Shown here one piece after another: positions 1 through 14,266 of a DNA stretch of 64,000 nt. How positions within the stretch are numbered: the first letter of the stretch is position 1; each line of letters starts with the position of its first letter. The notes under the pieces were generated by a model that worked only from the letters and a program-made list of their open reading frames with translations, searched no databases and was not told the origin of the DNA. The position numbers and the translations under genes are program-made. The DNA is from Octopus sinensis (lineage: Eukaryota): contig NC_043005.1 in assembly GCF_006345805.1 (NCBI RefSeq), positions 95,852,001 to 95,916,000 of the forward strand, read 5' to 3'.

Positions 1-897
1 TTTTAAGTATCTCAGAACTCATCAAAGTTCGTTCAACTGATCAATGGAATTATCTTGAACATTTACCAAATCCTAATCATTTCACTTTGGTTGTATACTT
101 CTTTAGTTTTCTCATAGTTTTGATGAGAAATCTTTATAATTATTTTCTCCCATTTACAGAACTTTGGCAGAACTTCTCTAATTGCTCAAGTCTTGCGACC
201 ATATCACTATAAATAGTTCAGATATATTACTTTCAAAATGAGTGTTCTTACAACAATAGTTATAATAGTTTAGACATAATATACTTTCTAAATTAGAATT
301 CTTACAAAATGGTTATAATAGTTTAGGTACATTACTTGCAGAATTATTTCTTACAAACTTGGGAATGTTATTTTCTCCTAGGAACGCATTTCAGCTTCTA
401 GGTTACAACCACTAGCACACATCACATACCAACACAATATTCAGTTTCTCTTCTATTGGTTTCAACTGTCAGGCGCTGCCATTTCTCCATCTCTACCCAT
501 TCTTCAAATCTGTCATATAAATATTTATATTTAAGTACTGATATTGTTTCTTTATATTTAAGTTTGTGTGTATGTGTGTGTGTGTACAGTTATTTATGTG
601 AGCATTTAATGTTTATTTTTCTGAGATTTTTTTTACTCTAATAAATAACTGAACACTAACATTAATGTTCACTTTTGTATGCTCTGCCAACTTCATATAG
701 CTTGTCCTTTCGCAGTACACAGGCCTAGATTATCTCCTTAATTATTCATAATCCCTTACTGTTTCTTATTTTTAATTAAACTTCAGTAGATGGGTATCAG
801 AATAATTTATTTCTGCATTGACTATTTTGACTATCACAAGTTTAGTTGAGGTGAACTTTTCTCACAATTTGATATTTTCTTTCGAAATGAACATATC

Positions 898-903
<6 letters not shown>

Positions 904-947
<44 letters not shown>

Positions 948-1019
948 CTCTCTCCTCCTCTCCTCTCTCTCTCTCTCCTCTCTCTCTCTCTCCTCTCTCT
1001 CTCTCTCCTCTCTCTCTCT
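904..1019. repeat. (CT)n microsatellite
   Basis: Directly visible. Confidence 0.97.
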
Positions 1020-3019
1020 ATAACTTTGTGGTTACAGATTTCAGAGTTCTTTACACATTTGGTTACCACTTTTGCAATGTAAACATGTAAAACAAAAAAA
1101 TAGTTATCTTTATAATGTTATCATGCAGTATCAAGGGGTTATTCTAATTGGTTTCATGACTGGTTTTACCATTTTTTAAGTGATATTTGTAGTATTACTA
1201 GCCCTATAAAAAGTGTGTTAATAATATAAATAATATACTGTTTTTGTGCCCTTAACATGCTGATATTGTATGCTTAAGCAAGACTTTCTTCTACGAATAA
1301 GTTTCATACCTATTTATTCTAGCTTACAACCACTAGCACACCACATGCCAACACAATATTTAATTAATGTTATTGTTATAGTTAGTTGATTTATTAATTT
1401 TTATAAATACAACAGATGTTAAATGACGATGATGAATACTTTTCAAAACACACATTTATATATATATATATATATATACATATATATATTTCTATATTTT
1501 TTCCCCCTTCAAGTCATCAGGTTATTTAACAACTAGTTATGTTATAATTGATTTATTTGGAAAACAACTAGGTTCTGCTAACTATTAACTCTTGTTTTCT
1601 GGTTGTTTAAAGCAATTGTACTGTTTCTCTGAATGTTGTTCCATATGTTTCTCATGCCAACAGTCCAACCCATGTCAGCATGGAAGATGGGCATTAAATT
1701 ATGATGATGAATGACTATTATTTTCAGGATATGTTTAGTAAATCTGCTTCATTTTCATTATGTTATAGGACTTTTTTGGATTGCTATCCTTTGGTAAAAG
1801 GACAAAGCAAAAAAAAGAAATCTTTTAAAATTGCAATAAAAATTTTTTCATATAATAGATAATGAAAATGAATTTTTTTTTCCATCATATACTGCAAGAG
1901 TTTTAAAAGTCATATAAGAGCTAGTTTCATCTCTTGCCTTTTTAGCATATATAGTGATATATGTGTGTGTGTGTATATATATCATCATCATCATCATCGT
2001 TTAACGTCTGTTTTCCGTGCTAGCACGGGTTGGACGGTTTGACTGGGATCTGGGAAGCCAGGAGGCTGCACCAGGCTCCAGTCTGATCTGGCAGTGTTTC
2101 TACAGCTGGATGCCCTTCCTAACACCAACCACTCCGTAATGCTGACATTATACCACATGTTAAGTCCTTTTTGCATGTCTCTTGTATGATGGTATGGTAC
2201 ACAAATCATCTCTTGCCTTGACTATCAGACACTATTATACTACACGCAACCAAAGACCGCATAGCAATATATACAGCATACTCCTTTACAAAACTTTGGC
2301 ATGAAACATCAGGAGTTCTGGACCTATCTGTGCCTTGCATTTAAGTGTTCTTGTAACTTTCTCTTGCCATGGATTTATTCAGACAAAGCTTCCTACTTAA
2401 TAATTGAGAGTATAACTTGTATGCTATCATGTATATCAGCTTTCATTATTTTTCTGCTTAGTGATAAACTCATGGTATGTGTTTGTTTACAGTGATACAC
2501 AAAAAAAAAAAAAATTAAATTAAATAAAATTCATGAACTTGAAAATTTTTTTAACATTTGACAGTTTTTGGTTAAAACATCACTCAAAGGAGAGTTTCTT
2601 CCTTGTTGTTCACTGACATATAATGTTTCATACCTGTGTGTGTGTGTGTGTGTACACGCATACACAGGATTTAATTGTGAATCTGAATGATTGCCTGATA
2701 ATACAAGACATGCTATTCGAGTTTGTCTGACTGTTGTATTACTTGAGACATGAAACTTATTATAGCTTAGCTTGCATCTAAATCCTCTGCATATTCAATG
2801 ATATTTATCTTTCCCAAGATGGAGTGCTTTTTGTGCTGATCCCACTAATAACAGAACAGTACACTATACATGCATACATATTTATGTGCATGTGTGTGTT
2901 GTTTTTTATTGAAACTGAATGCTTATCTTTCAACTTGAGTTTCACACTATTGCATTCTTAAGGTGTGAGATATGGGTCATAAGTAAGCATTCAGTTTCAA
3001 TAAACCTTATACTTTACAA

Positions 3020-3176
3020 CAGTGGTTCCCAACCCCTTATACTACCAAGGCCCTCTTGTATTTAAAGGAGTTTTCCCATGGACTCCTTTTAATATGCTAT
3101 CCTTGTGTGTGTGTGTGAAATTTTGTTTAGCCCGTGGACCACCAGAGTTCTGCAGACTATAGGTTGGGAACCACTG
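3020..3176. mobile_element. hAT-type MITE
   Basis: TIR CAGTGGTTCCCAACC...GGTTGGGAACCACTG; 8-bp flanks ctttacaa/ctctacat match 6 of 8. Confidence 0.8.
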
Positions 3177-3250
3177 CTCTACATGTATTGAGCACTCTTC
3201 TCTCATTTGTTTGTCACAATTCAGTGTTTGCATTCATGTGTGTATGTCTT

Positions 3251-3286
<36 letters not shown>

Positions 3287-4233
3287 ACTAGAAATATATA
3301 TATATAAGACTAGAAATATATATTCTTACCTAAAATTAATGAATTCATATCACTAGATTCATATACTTTTATGATGTTCCACCACACAATTTTCTTTGAA
3401 CACGAATTGCCAAACATACATGGTCAGAATGCCAAGGTCGACTTTACCTTTCATCCTTACAGAGTCAATAAATTAAGTACCAGTTGCATACTGGGTTTGA
3501 TCTAAACAACTGGCCCCTACCACAAAAATTTCGAGCCTTCTGCCTAGAGTAGAAAAGGATATATTCTGGAAAGGTCTTGAGGTTGGTGCCGGCTTTAGGT
3601 CAATACTTTGAACCTGAACTGTAGCCAGCTCTGAAAAAAATTTCGTTTCTGTTCAGTGTAATGTAAGGATTAGTTTTGTCAGCTTAACTAATCCACCCCA
3701 CAACCCACCCACCACAAAAATTATTGCACCAGTACTAGGGTTTCATTGATTATATTTCCAGGCCTAGATATTGGAAACTTTCTATAAAGTGACAGAAAAA
3801 TAAAAGCCTTTCTTTAAACAAAGATGTATTTGCATAGCAAGTGTTTTGACCAGAGATGGTATGTTGAAACTAAAAAAATTGCAGAGTGGAAGACACAACC
3901 ATTCAGAAACATACAATGACTGTCAACTTCACTTAAATATTTATTGTTTGTAATATGGTGTCAAAAGTTTCATCACTCAAAACTGCAACCTGATCACTGA
4001 CAGAATTTGTGTCTCCCATACTACAGTCATTTTATCTTTATACATTATTTGAAAAACGAACTAGGGTGCTAGAAGTTGAATTCCATCTGATCAAGAGTTG
4101 TAATTTCATCCTTGATATTAAAACTTGAGCAATAGACGATAGATAATTAGTTTCCGCAGAAACTGTACTATGCAGTCAGTACACAAGACCTCGATGCCTA
4201 CTCACTAGTTTATTATGGTGGTACCATTGACTC

Positions 4234-4475
4234 TGGCGGCGAGCTGGCAGAAACGTTAGCACACCGGGCAAAATGCCTAGCGGTATTTCGTCTGCCATTA
4301 TGTTCTGAGTTCAAATTCTGCCGAGGTCAACTTTGCCTTTCATCCTTTAGGGGTTGATAAATTAAGTACCAGTTACGCACTGGGGTCGATATAATCGACT
4401 TAATCCATCTGTCCTTGTTTGTCTCCTCTGTGTTTAGCCCCTTGTGGGTAGTAAAGAAATAGGTACCATTAACTC
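4234..4475 (+). mobile_element. tRNA-derived SINE family A (also about 3420, 6429, 8944 on +; about 17680, 27560, 29810 on -)
   Basis: Head ggcggcgagctggcagaaacgttag...gagttcaaattc and conserved core gcctttcatccttt..gggtcgat in multiple copies. Confidence 0.85.
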
Positions 4476-5586
4476 TGACTTCTCTATTTTTAATTAGACT
4501 AATCACATATTTTGTGAATTGATTGAAAACACGCAACATAAATGACAAATGTGAATCATTAAGCTTCTTTTTTTAGCACCCTAAAAAGTTGAGGTCTAAA
4601 GGCTATAGCTATACCATCTTGGCTTTTTATAAATATTTATTCATTTATTAAAGAAATTGCAATCAGTTAAGCATTAGATCAGCTTATGATTTTAAAAAAT
4701 TTTTTTTACCTTTTCAATAATGTTGTTTTTATCAAAAGTTTATGAAATGAAAATGGTAAAAACACTACAAGAAAATATCAGGAATATCTTTGTTTACAAC
4801 TTCGAAAGTCTCGAGTAATTAAATTAAAACTAATTGAATTTTAATCACATTAAAACTAAGGCTGAACACCCAAAGCAACTCAACAAATAAACATTTTAAA
4901 AGAAATAAACTCAAATGCATAACTCCTCCTTTCAGTAATTTACAACAATGAATATAAAATTGAAGTGAATGTAGCATGAAAGATGAAGTTTAAATTGACA
5001 TAAAAATTATATTGTAAAAGTTTAAAAAATCTGTTCTTGCAAAAAATATTTGTGATATGTTCTATCTACGAAATAGGGGTTTAATAAAAAAAAAAATCCA
5101 AATATATAACTTTGTCTTGTTCTTAGTAACAGAATTATTTTAACGGATCCTTCTCCATAGAAGAACTTAAATCTGATTCAGTTATTTCCAGTTCAGTAAA
5201 ACAGTAGAATTAGTATCTGCAAATTTAGAAATTTTTATATTTTACAATTTACACTTAGTTGCAGTTGGTTAAAAAATTGTACTGACTCTTGATAGCCCAA
5301 TAATTGCTTCTGACTCTGACACTACAGTCAGCCCTGCTCAAGGACTTGCTTTGTAAAAATGACTTAGTTTTTATGTAGCTTAGAAGGAATCTTTTGACAA
5401 AAGCATAAATTGGTGGTGACAAAATAATTTTCTATTATACAATAATTTTAGACATATTAGCCGTCCTTTCAATTTTAATTTTACTACAGTCAAAAATTTT
5501 ACATATGTATGTATATCTTTACTTCTGTCCATAAATTTACATATCAGTTGTATGTATTGTTGAGACTTATAATTTTATATATATAT

Positions 5587-5965
5587 AGGCGCAGGAGCGG
5601 CTGTGTGGTAAGTAGCTTGCTTACCAACCACATGGTTCCGGGTTCAGTCCCACTGCGTGGCATCTTGGGCAAGTGTCTTCTGCTATAGCCTCGGGCCGAC
5701 CAATGCCTTGTGAGTGGATTTGGTAGACGGAAACTGAAAGAAGCCTGTCGTGTATATGTATATATATGTGTGTGTGTATGTGTTTGTGTGTCTGTGTTTG
5801 TCCCCCTAGCATTGCTTGACAACCGATGCTGGTATGTTTACGTCCCCGTCACTTAGCAGTTCGGCAAAAGAGACCAATAGAATAAGTCCCGGGGTCGATT
5901 TGCTCGACTAAAGGCGGTGCTCCAGCGTGGCCACAGTCAAATGACTGAAACAAGTAAAAGAGAGA
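5587..5965 (+). mobile_element. tRNA-derived SINE family B with internal microsatellite (also about 10790, 14030, 15380 on -; about 26350, 58780 on +)
   Basis: A/B-box-like head ggctgtgtggtaag...gggttcagtccc and a shared body in several copies. Confidence 0.85.
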
Positions 5966-6060
5966 AAGATATATATATATGAATTTTTTGCGTAATGAGA
6001 TAAAAAAACCAAGGCTGTAAACCAAGGCTGTATAGATATTAGAGCATTTATAGATAGAAG

Positions 6061-6112
6061 GTCTTACAGCTGTTTCTAGAATATTAATTAATAATATCCC
6101 TTCATTAGAGAC
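6061..6112 (-). ncRNA. Degenerate minimal hammerhead ribozyme (core CUAAUGA), intronic and antisense to SMAP
   Basis: Minus strand GTCT-CTAATGA-AGGGATATT...AATATTCTA-GAAA-C-AGCT-GTA-AGAC; helices I, II and III present; G5A change in the core. Confidence 0.65.
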
Positions 6113-6267
6113 GGTGTGAAAGGAAAAATTAAGTCATATATATATGAAGCTGTTAGATTTTATTTGTATTTACATTAAATAACTGTGAATGCTTTTTTCC
6201 TTTTTTTTCTTTATGGTTTAATCAGATACTTAGAAAATGTTCTTTGTTTTCCCCTTTTTCATTTTAG

Positions 6268-6339
6268 TTACTTGATGATGAAAAACCCGAGAAAAAGAAA
6301 ACCCGAGGAAGACCATCTTCAATGATTCAGCTAAATGCT
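6268..6339 (+). CDS. SMAP1: SMAP-type ArfGAP gene, internal coding exon (LLDDEKPEKKKTRGRPSSMIQLNA), phase 0-0
   Basis: Pyrimidine tract + ttttag acceptor, GCT|gtgagt donor, 72 nt open. Charged linker as expected after the ArfGAP domain; phase fits the next exon. Confidence 0.7.
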
Positions 6340-7506
6340 GTGAGTATTCTGTGTTATTTAAGCTTGTATTTGAGTCTAATTTAGCAGATGGTAAGATGGG
6401 CATCCAACTGTAGAAGGTATGCCAGAAAAGGCGGCGAGCTGGCAAAAACGTTAGCATGCCAGGCGAAATGCTTAGCAGTATTTCGTCTGCTGCTACGTTC
6501 TAAGTTCAAATTCTGCCGAGGTCAACTTTGCCTTTCATCCTTTCAGGGTCGATTAAATAAGTACCAGTTACGCACTGGGGTCGATATAATCGACTTAATC
6601 CATTTGTCTGTCCTCTGTTTTTAGCCCCTTGTGGGTAGTAAAGAAATAGGTGTGCCAGAAAGAGGGACATACAAGCAAGACACTGGACTTCACCTGCTTC
6701 ATTGTAGACTCCTTGTGTGGGAAGGTAATAAGCGAATAAGAACTGATACAGAATAGAAAGGGCTCTTAGTCTTTTCACATAGGACAACCTCTCAATAAAA
6801 TACATCCTTTCCACACAGTAAAATCTATACATTGACAAAATCCAACATTTTCCATTGTTGCTATGTGTGCAAAATGGTGCAGATCAAATGAGTGATAAGA
6901 CCTGTCCAGTCCATGCTAGCCTAGAAAAAGGGACATGAAGCGATGATGATAATGGGAGACAGTTACAGTTTGTTGCATATGTTTCTAGCCTAGCATTTCA
7001 GTGATGGTCCTATCTTCCATTAACAACCCCAGGAGACCTATTGAGTCAAGTACATCAACATCAAAAAATCAAATGGAAATTGTAGTTGTGATACCTGTGC
7101 CAGTGGCATGTAAAAAGCACCCACTACACTCACGGAGTGGTTGGCGTTAGGAAGGGCATCCAACTGTAGAAACTCTGCCAGATTAAGATTGGAGCCTGGT
7201 GCAGCCTGCTGGCTTCTCAGACTCCGGGTGAACCGTCCAACCCATGCTAGCATGGAAAACAGACATTAAATGATGATGATGATGATGCCTAAACATTTAA
7301 TCACAGCTATCACAAATTATAATCACCAAGACAGACTTCCAAACTGATCCACAAATGATTCACAGCAAGTCATTGGGATGTCTGTATTCCTTTACTTGTT
7401 TTATCTGTTAGTGGTTAAAATGGCCTCCAGCTAGAAAGTCTTCTGATAAAAACACCCACACAAATCTCTCAAGCTGCACAAATATCTAACTTAAGGCAGA
7501 TTTTAA

Positions 7507-7700
7507 CCCTTTCGTTACCGTATTTATTTTGAGATGCTCTGTATTCCATTCAATTAATTTTAAATATAACAAAGAATTTGGTAAAATAACTTTGTTATCA
7601 TTAAGCTAGTGTTGGGAACAGAAATTGTGCCTAAGATTTGGTGGAAGATTTTAATTCAATACTTAAAGAGGCAGTTTTGGCCGGGTTGGTATCAAAAGGG
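7507..7700. mobile_element. piggyBac-type MITE (degenerate opposite-orientation relative at about 24225-24495)
   Basis: TTAA|CCCTTTCGTTACC...GGTATCAAAAGGG|TTAA. Confidence 0.8.
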
Positions 7701-8061
7701 TTAAACCATAAATCTGTTTGTTTAAAATTGTGACAATCAGAAGTTGAAACCTTGGTAAAAATAAAATAAAATAAAAATGTTTCCCCTTCTTAAGTCAAAA
7801 GAAATGTCTTTTCCACTTCACACCTAACTTACATGCAGCTCCAAAATTACTTGCTTCATCAGTTCGTATTCAAAGAATCAAATCTGCAGTTGTTACATGT
7901 CATCTATTCAACTGTAGTAAAAACAACAACAAAGAAAATTAAGTTAAATAATAAAAAAATTTTGTATAGCTTTTTAAAATCAATGTCTTAGGAAATTGAG
8001 TTAAGAGAACTTTATTTTTTTTTCAGGTCATGAGTAAATGTTTTCTTGTTAATAGTATTAA

Positions 8062-8461
8062 CTAGCAGTATTGCCCAGCGTTGCTTGGGCTTGTTTTCTT
8101 TTTGACCCTTTAGAATTGGAATTTTTGAAAAGTAAAAATTTTGTATTATGTAGCTTGTTATTCTCTTTAAGTGAACATTTTTCTGGTTGAAATACACCGA
8201 AAAATGACAACACAGCAGTCAAAAAATTGTAAAAAATATGGATTTTCATAGAAAAAAACCCCCACCTTTTTGATGTAAATAATTTTTGGTGTTAACATGG
8301 TCCAATTTGAATTTTTTCATCTATGGAAGGAAGAGCAAGCCTTCTATCATTCTCTCAATTTTGGCCAACTTGCGCCACAGGGTCTCGGAGGAGATAGTGT
8401 TAGTTGAAGGCTTCCAAACCTGCCACACACATAGACAACTTCAGCTTTATATATAGAGAGA
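8062..8461 (-). mobile_element. Non-autonomous Helitron
   Basis: Minus strand A|TCTCTCTATATATAAAG start, sub-terminal hairpin GCCCAAGC-AAC-GCTGGGC, CTAG|T end. Confidence 0.85.
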
Positions 8462-11400
8462 TTACAAGTCAAAATGAAAGAACTGTGGCTATTGTATAGA
8501 CAATGGAACCAAACTATGTGGTTTTGCAGTGTTTAGTTAGGTGCTCCTTATGCTTTTCTTTCCTGAAGCTCTTTAAAATATTCAAAGTTCAGTTTATTTG
8601 GCTGTATCTGCTGTCCATTACATACTTAGCCATAAATCTGTTTATATACGTTAATCTTTATGATGAATGACATAAAGTTGATAGTATTGCACTATATGCT
8701 TAGCAAATATGCAGTGTAATGAATAGCTTGAAATGCTGGACTGAGGTACCCAGCACATGAGCAAAATATGTGACAGGCTGGCATCCTCTTTCATGCTGGT
8801 GATGTCTGTCAACTTCTTAATAATTCTGTGTAAAATGAGAACATTTCCAGCTCACATCATCTTGTATAGAGCAGTGAAGGGTGGGGGTCTCACAGAAAAA
8901 CAGGTCGAATTAGTTTGAGATAGCAATATTTAGATAACTGCAAGGTGGCAAGCTGGCAGAATCATTAAGCATGCCAAGCGAAATGCTTAGCAGCATTGTG
9001 TCCAGTTTCACGTTCTGAGTTCAAATTTTGTCACGGTTGACTTTACCTTTCATCCTTTCATGGTTGATAAAATAAGTACCAGTTAAACACTGGGGGGGGG
9101 GGGTCGATGTAATCAGCTTACCCCATCCCTCAAAACTGCTGACCTTGTAACAAAAATTTGAAACCAATATTTAGGTAACTTACAGATCATGTGAACTCAT
9201 GACAGTAATTTTTATTCAGATGTCTTAGAATTATAGTAAGTGTATGAAAAGAACAGATTTGTACCAGTAACTTGCTCATGAGTTCAAATATTATCACAAC
9301 TTGGTTTGTGTCTCTGGTGAAGGTATATTATTCTGTTTCAGCTTGCTTAGCTGGAAATCAAGCACTACTCTGACTTTATGATTAAGAGGTTTATAGTTGG
9401 TAATTGGATTTGTGAGAATATTTTCTGTGTATGAAAATATTTGATTTATGTCACTTTTAGATAGCTTTGTTTGCCAATAGATTGAAAAAAAAAAATTATT
9501 GATAATTGTTACATATATTATAAATGTGCCCTTTTAAAGCCTAGCTAGGCTCATGGGCCTGGTTTCCCGGTTTCTATGGCGTATGTGTTCCCCAGCTGGA
9601 CGGGATGCCAGTCCATCGCAGTGTTACTCATTTTTGCCAGCTGAGTGGACTGGAGCAATGTGAAATGAAGTGTTTTGCTCAAGAACACAACACGTCACCC
9701 GGTCCAGGAATCGAAACCACAATTTTATGATCCTGATGCTAACACCCTAACCACTAAGCCACGCGCCTCCACTTACATATATTATTCAAGAATTAACTCT
9801 ATTAAAAATTCAAGTCCTACATATGTGTATCCTTTCCATTCCAGAACAATTAGCTACAGCATTACATGACAGCAAACGCATTAAATTTTTTTCCTTTATG
9901 TATTATTTTGCTTGCTCTTCTCGGGTTAATTCATTAATAATATATCCTGTTCTTGATACATGAATCAGCTTAGCTAATCCTTTTCCTAATCACTAAGATC
10001 TACAGTACTGGCATTTATCTCCAATTTCAAGAGTAACGAATAAAGTATTTCTTCAGTAAGGTGTTTGCCTTTTTCTCCCCCTTTTTTCTTTCTTTTTTCT
10101 TTTCTCAGAACCTGCAGACGAAGAAATTGTTTGTCAATTCCACAACACAGCCACTACTTTCAGCTGCAAATTATATTAATACCTACTTAGAATCAACTGG
10201 ACTTCACCGTGCAGATTATGAGCTGCTGGCCTATTAGCTAGGGAGTCTTGTGTTTAATTGATGCATCTTTCTCTCTCTCTCTCACACATGTAGTAAATGT
10301 TATTTAATGCTACCATCATTTTTAGATAGTGTGAGGTTTCATAGTCTGACATAAGAGCTGGATTTAGTGATATATATTGGTTTTAACTTTTATCCTTCCT
10401 TAAGAACAGACATTTACTAAGTCAGTCCTGCCGAAAGGTATTTCCCCTCCGTAGATAATTCATTGTTGGGGAAAAGCATTTAACTATTAAATGTCTGCTT
10501 TTTAAATTACTTGTGTGGTTGGCTGAAAACTTAAAATGACTTTTAAGAATTTATATCTTGGTATGAAAGAAAGACTTATCTTTCACCTTAGATTAATTGA
10601 GAAAGAAGAAAGAATGAAAACTGAACATTATTAAGAAAATGCCAGTTCACTATGTTGAACAAAATTCTTTTTAGCATGCATTCACTGATTGTGTAGCTTC
10701 AAATAAAATAGACTGAGCATGTCAAGACATTGAAGGATTTGAATATGTTGAGATAGGTTATATGTAACAAATATCCCTAGCATTTCACCATAACCTTTTA
10801 CTTGTTTCAGTCATTAGACTGCGGCCATACTGGGGCACTGCCTTGAAAAGTTTTTAGTTGAATGAATCGACCCCAGTTCTTGTTTTTAAGCCTGGCACTG
10901 ATTCTGTTGGTCCCTTTTGCCAAACTGCTAAGTTACAGGGATGTACACACATCAGCACCAATTGTCAAGCAGTAGTGGGGGACAAACACACACACACACA
11001 TAATGGGCTTCTTTCAGTTTCCATTTACCATATCCACACACAAGGCTTTAGTTGCCCCGAGGCTATAGTAGAAGACACTTGCTCAAGGTGTCACACTGTG
11101 GGACTGAATCCAGAACCATGTGGCTGGGAAGCAAACTTCTTACTACACATTCCAGTGACTTGGTACTTTCAAGAGTCCACCTCATACAACTGATTCTCTG
11201 CTTATCTCTACTCTCTGATGTATCTAATTCAACAAATTCTCTGCTAAACATTTTTCCTTGTCCTTTTAAGTCCAAAACTATAATCCTCTGAAACTCCTGC
11301 TGCCCGTGCTTTTATATCCAGACACCAGCTACGGAAGCTGAAGTTTCATCAGTCTGGGAGACCTGCAATTGTTATGCCACTACAAACTTTACCTCATGCT

Positions 11401-11645
11401 AAATATAAAAGTAAAATCAAAAACAGGTATATCAGAATCAGGAGAATTTGTTTGTCCTAATTCACTGAAACATACTTTGATGGTATTTTGACTACAGATT
11501 GATAATTCTTTATCCAAAATGCTTGGGACCAGAAGAGTTTTAAATCTGAAATTTGTTTGGATCATATAATGATAAAATGGAAAGTTCAAGTCTGAACATG
11601 TGAACAGTTTACATCTCATTATACAGCTTGTATATATATATATAT

Positions 11646-11700
<55 letters not shown>

Positions 11701-12920
11701 TATATATATATACACATACACACACACACACACACAAGCTGTGAAGATAGTTTTATATAAATTTATATTGAATTTATAAACATTTTAAATGATTTTGTAT
11801 ACATACAAAATTTTGGATGTAATACTGATGTTATTCAAGTTGTATCTAGTGGTACAATTCAGATTTACTGTAGAGATTTTTTTATACAATACAAATTCAA
11901 CACCAAACACTCCAACTCTATCATGTGCATGAACTGTGAATCAGAGAATATGGCATTGATGACATCATAGAAAAAGAAAGTTCTGTAAGCTTTTAGTTTC
12001 CATGTGCTTTGATTAAAATGTTATAGCATGTGCAATAATTAGTATAGGAAGCAGGAAATTTGATAATAGATAGATAAAAGGAAAACTGAAAACAGTCATA
12101 ATTTCATTTGTCATGCAATAATTATGCTACTGGTAGAAATGTTGCATACATGCGTGCATTCTAGAAGTAATTGAAAATCTGATTTTGTGTAAAAATAACA
12201 TTTTGTACTTAACAAGGATGAATATCAGAAGTGTTGGAGAAGATTGGTAAAAGATGCCCTAAAGAGTGAGACAGTACTATGCTTAATGGCTTCTTTAAAA
12301 CGATTCTTTATGGGACATTTATCTGATTTATAAGGACTTTTGTACTACTGGTACGTAAAAAGCAGCATTCAAGCATGGTCAATGCCAGTGTTGCCTGACT
12401 GGCCCCCATGCCTGTGGCACATAAAAAGCAACCACTACACTCTCAGAGTGGTTGGCATTAGGAAGGGTATCCAGCTGTAGGAATCTTGCCAAATCAGATT
12501 GGAGCCTTGTACAGCCTCCTGGCTTGCCAGTCCTCAGTCAAAGCATCCAACCCATGCCAGCATGGAAAGTAGACATTAAATGATGATGACAATGATGTAG
12601 CTTCAATAAAATGTTCTCATTTTTGTTTACTTCAGATGTTTTATTACATGAGAGTTCTGGTGAGGCATTTCACCTTGAGGAGTCCAGATTACATTTATTA
12701 GAAGTGATGCATTTAAACAAAATAAAATGTATGGCAAGTCACAATCAGCAGCTATTTCTTAGAACTTTGACATTTCACATTTATGTTGTGGAGTGAACAG
12801 AGGAACTTAAAAAAAAATATCTTGGAGTCAACCTCCCCTAAATTTGGATGTTTTGCTCATTGATTCAGCCTTTTCAGATTGAATATCTTATTATTTATAT
12901 TTAATTTTTGTATTTTGTAG

Positions 12921-13032
12921 CCTTCTCAAAAGGTTGAGTCAAAAGAAGTAACAGAAACAACTGCTCAGCCATTAAAGGAGATTGCTAAAGAAACCAAGAA
13001 GAGTTCTCATGCTGATGATCTACTCAACTTGA
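12921..13032 (+). CDS. SMAP1: SMAP exon (PSQKVESKEV...HADDLLNL), phase 0-1
   Basis: ttttgtag acceptor, A|gtatgc donor, 112 nt. Contains a DLL / clathrin-box-like DLLNL motif. Confidence 0.8.
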
Positions 13033-13987
13033 GTATGCCAGTTTTGTTATTTGTTTTTATTGTTACATTTAATTGTAATGTTGTGGATGCAGGCACAGCT
13101 GTCATTTTGCAGCCATATGGTTTCAGGTTCAATCTTACTTTGTGGTATCTTAAGCAAGCATCTTCCTCCCTGTGGCCTCTACATAGCTCTGGGACCTGGT
13201 TCATGTGTTCCTCACTGTGTCCCTGGGAAAATCTTCAAACACCTCCTTGATTTTGGCCACCAGCTTGGCTTTGGTACTGCAGTGTTCACAGAGCATTGAG
13301 CATAGTCTCCAGGTGTCTCATTTGATGAAGTCTTATATATATATAGATACATCACGTCATGTGACCGACCAGGCTAGCAGATGTTGTTACACATCGCTGG
13401 TCACAATGCACTTCGCATTGTTTTAGTCTTCAAATGACGCTACCCCGCTGGCTAAGCGAGCAGGCCAACAGAAGAAAGAGTGAGAGAAAGTTGTTGTGAA
13501 AGAGTACAGCAGGGATCGCCACTACCCCCTGCCGGAGCCTCGTGGAGCTTTTTAGGTGTTTTCGCTCAATAAACACTCACAATGCCCGGCCTGGGAATCG
13601 AAACCGCGATCCTACGACTACGAGTCCACTGCCCTAACCAATTGGCCATTGCACCTCCACATATAGATATATAAAGATACATAAACCAGTGGTTTGGCTG
13701 TTGCACTCACAATTGCAAGTTCAATTCCCAAGGCCAGCAGTGCATTGTGTTGTTGAGCAAAACAATTTCAAATTGCTCCAGTCCATTCAACCATAAATGG
13801 GTAACCATGTGAACTAGCATTCCCAGTCAGGAGTTATGTTGGCCTGCCCACCTAACCAGTGAGGTGGCATCATTTGAAAGCTATAACAATGAGAAAGTAC
13901 ATTATGACTAGCAGGGTATAAACACATCTGATAGGCTGTGACTGTTGCTGCTGCCAGCCACTACCACTCCCATCACTATCACCAACA

Positions 13988-14026
<39 letters not shown>

Positions 14027-14223
14027 CATGACAGGCTTGTTTCAGTTTCTGTCTACCAAATTTTGGTCAGTCCAAGGCACTTGCACAAGGTGCCATGCAG
14101 TGCGACTGAACCTGGAACCATGTGGTTGGGAACCACACAGCTACACCTGTGCCTATATATATATATGTATATATATGTGTGTGTGTATATATATATATAT
14201 GTGTGTATATATATATATATATA

Positions 14224-14266
<43 letters not shown>

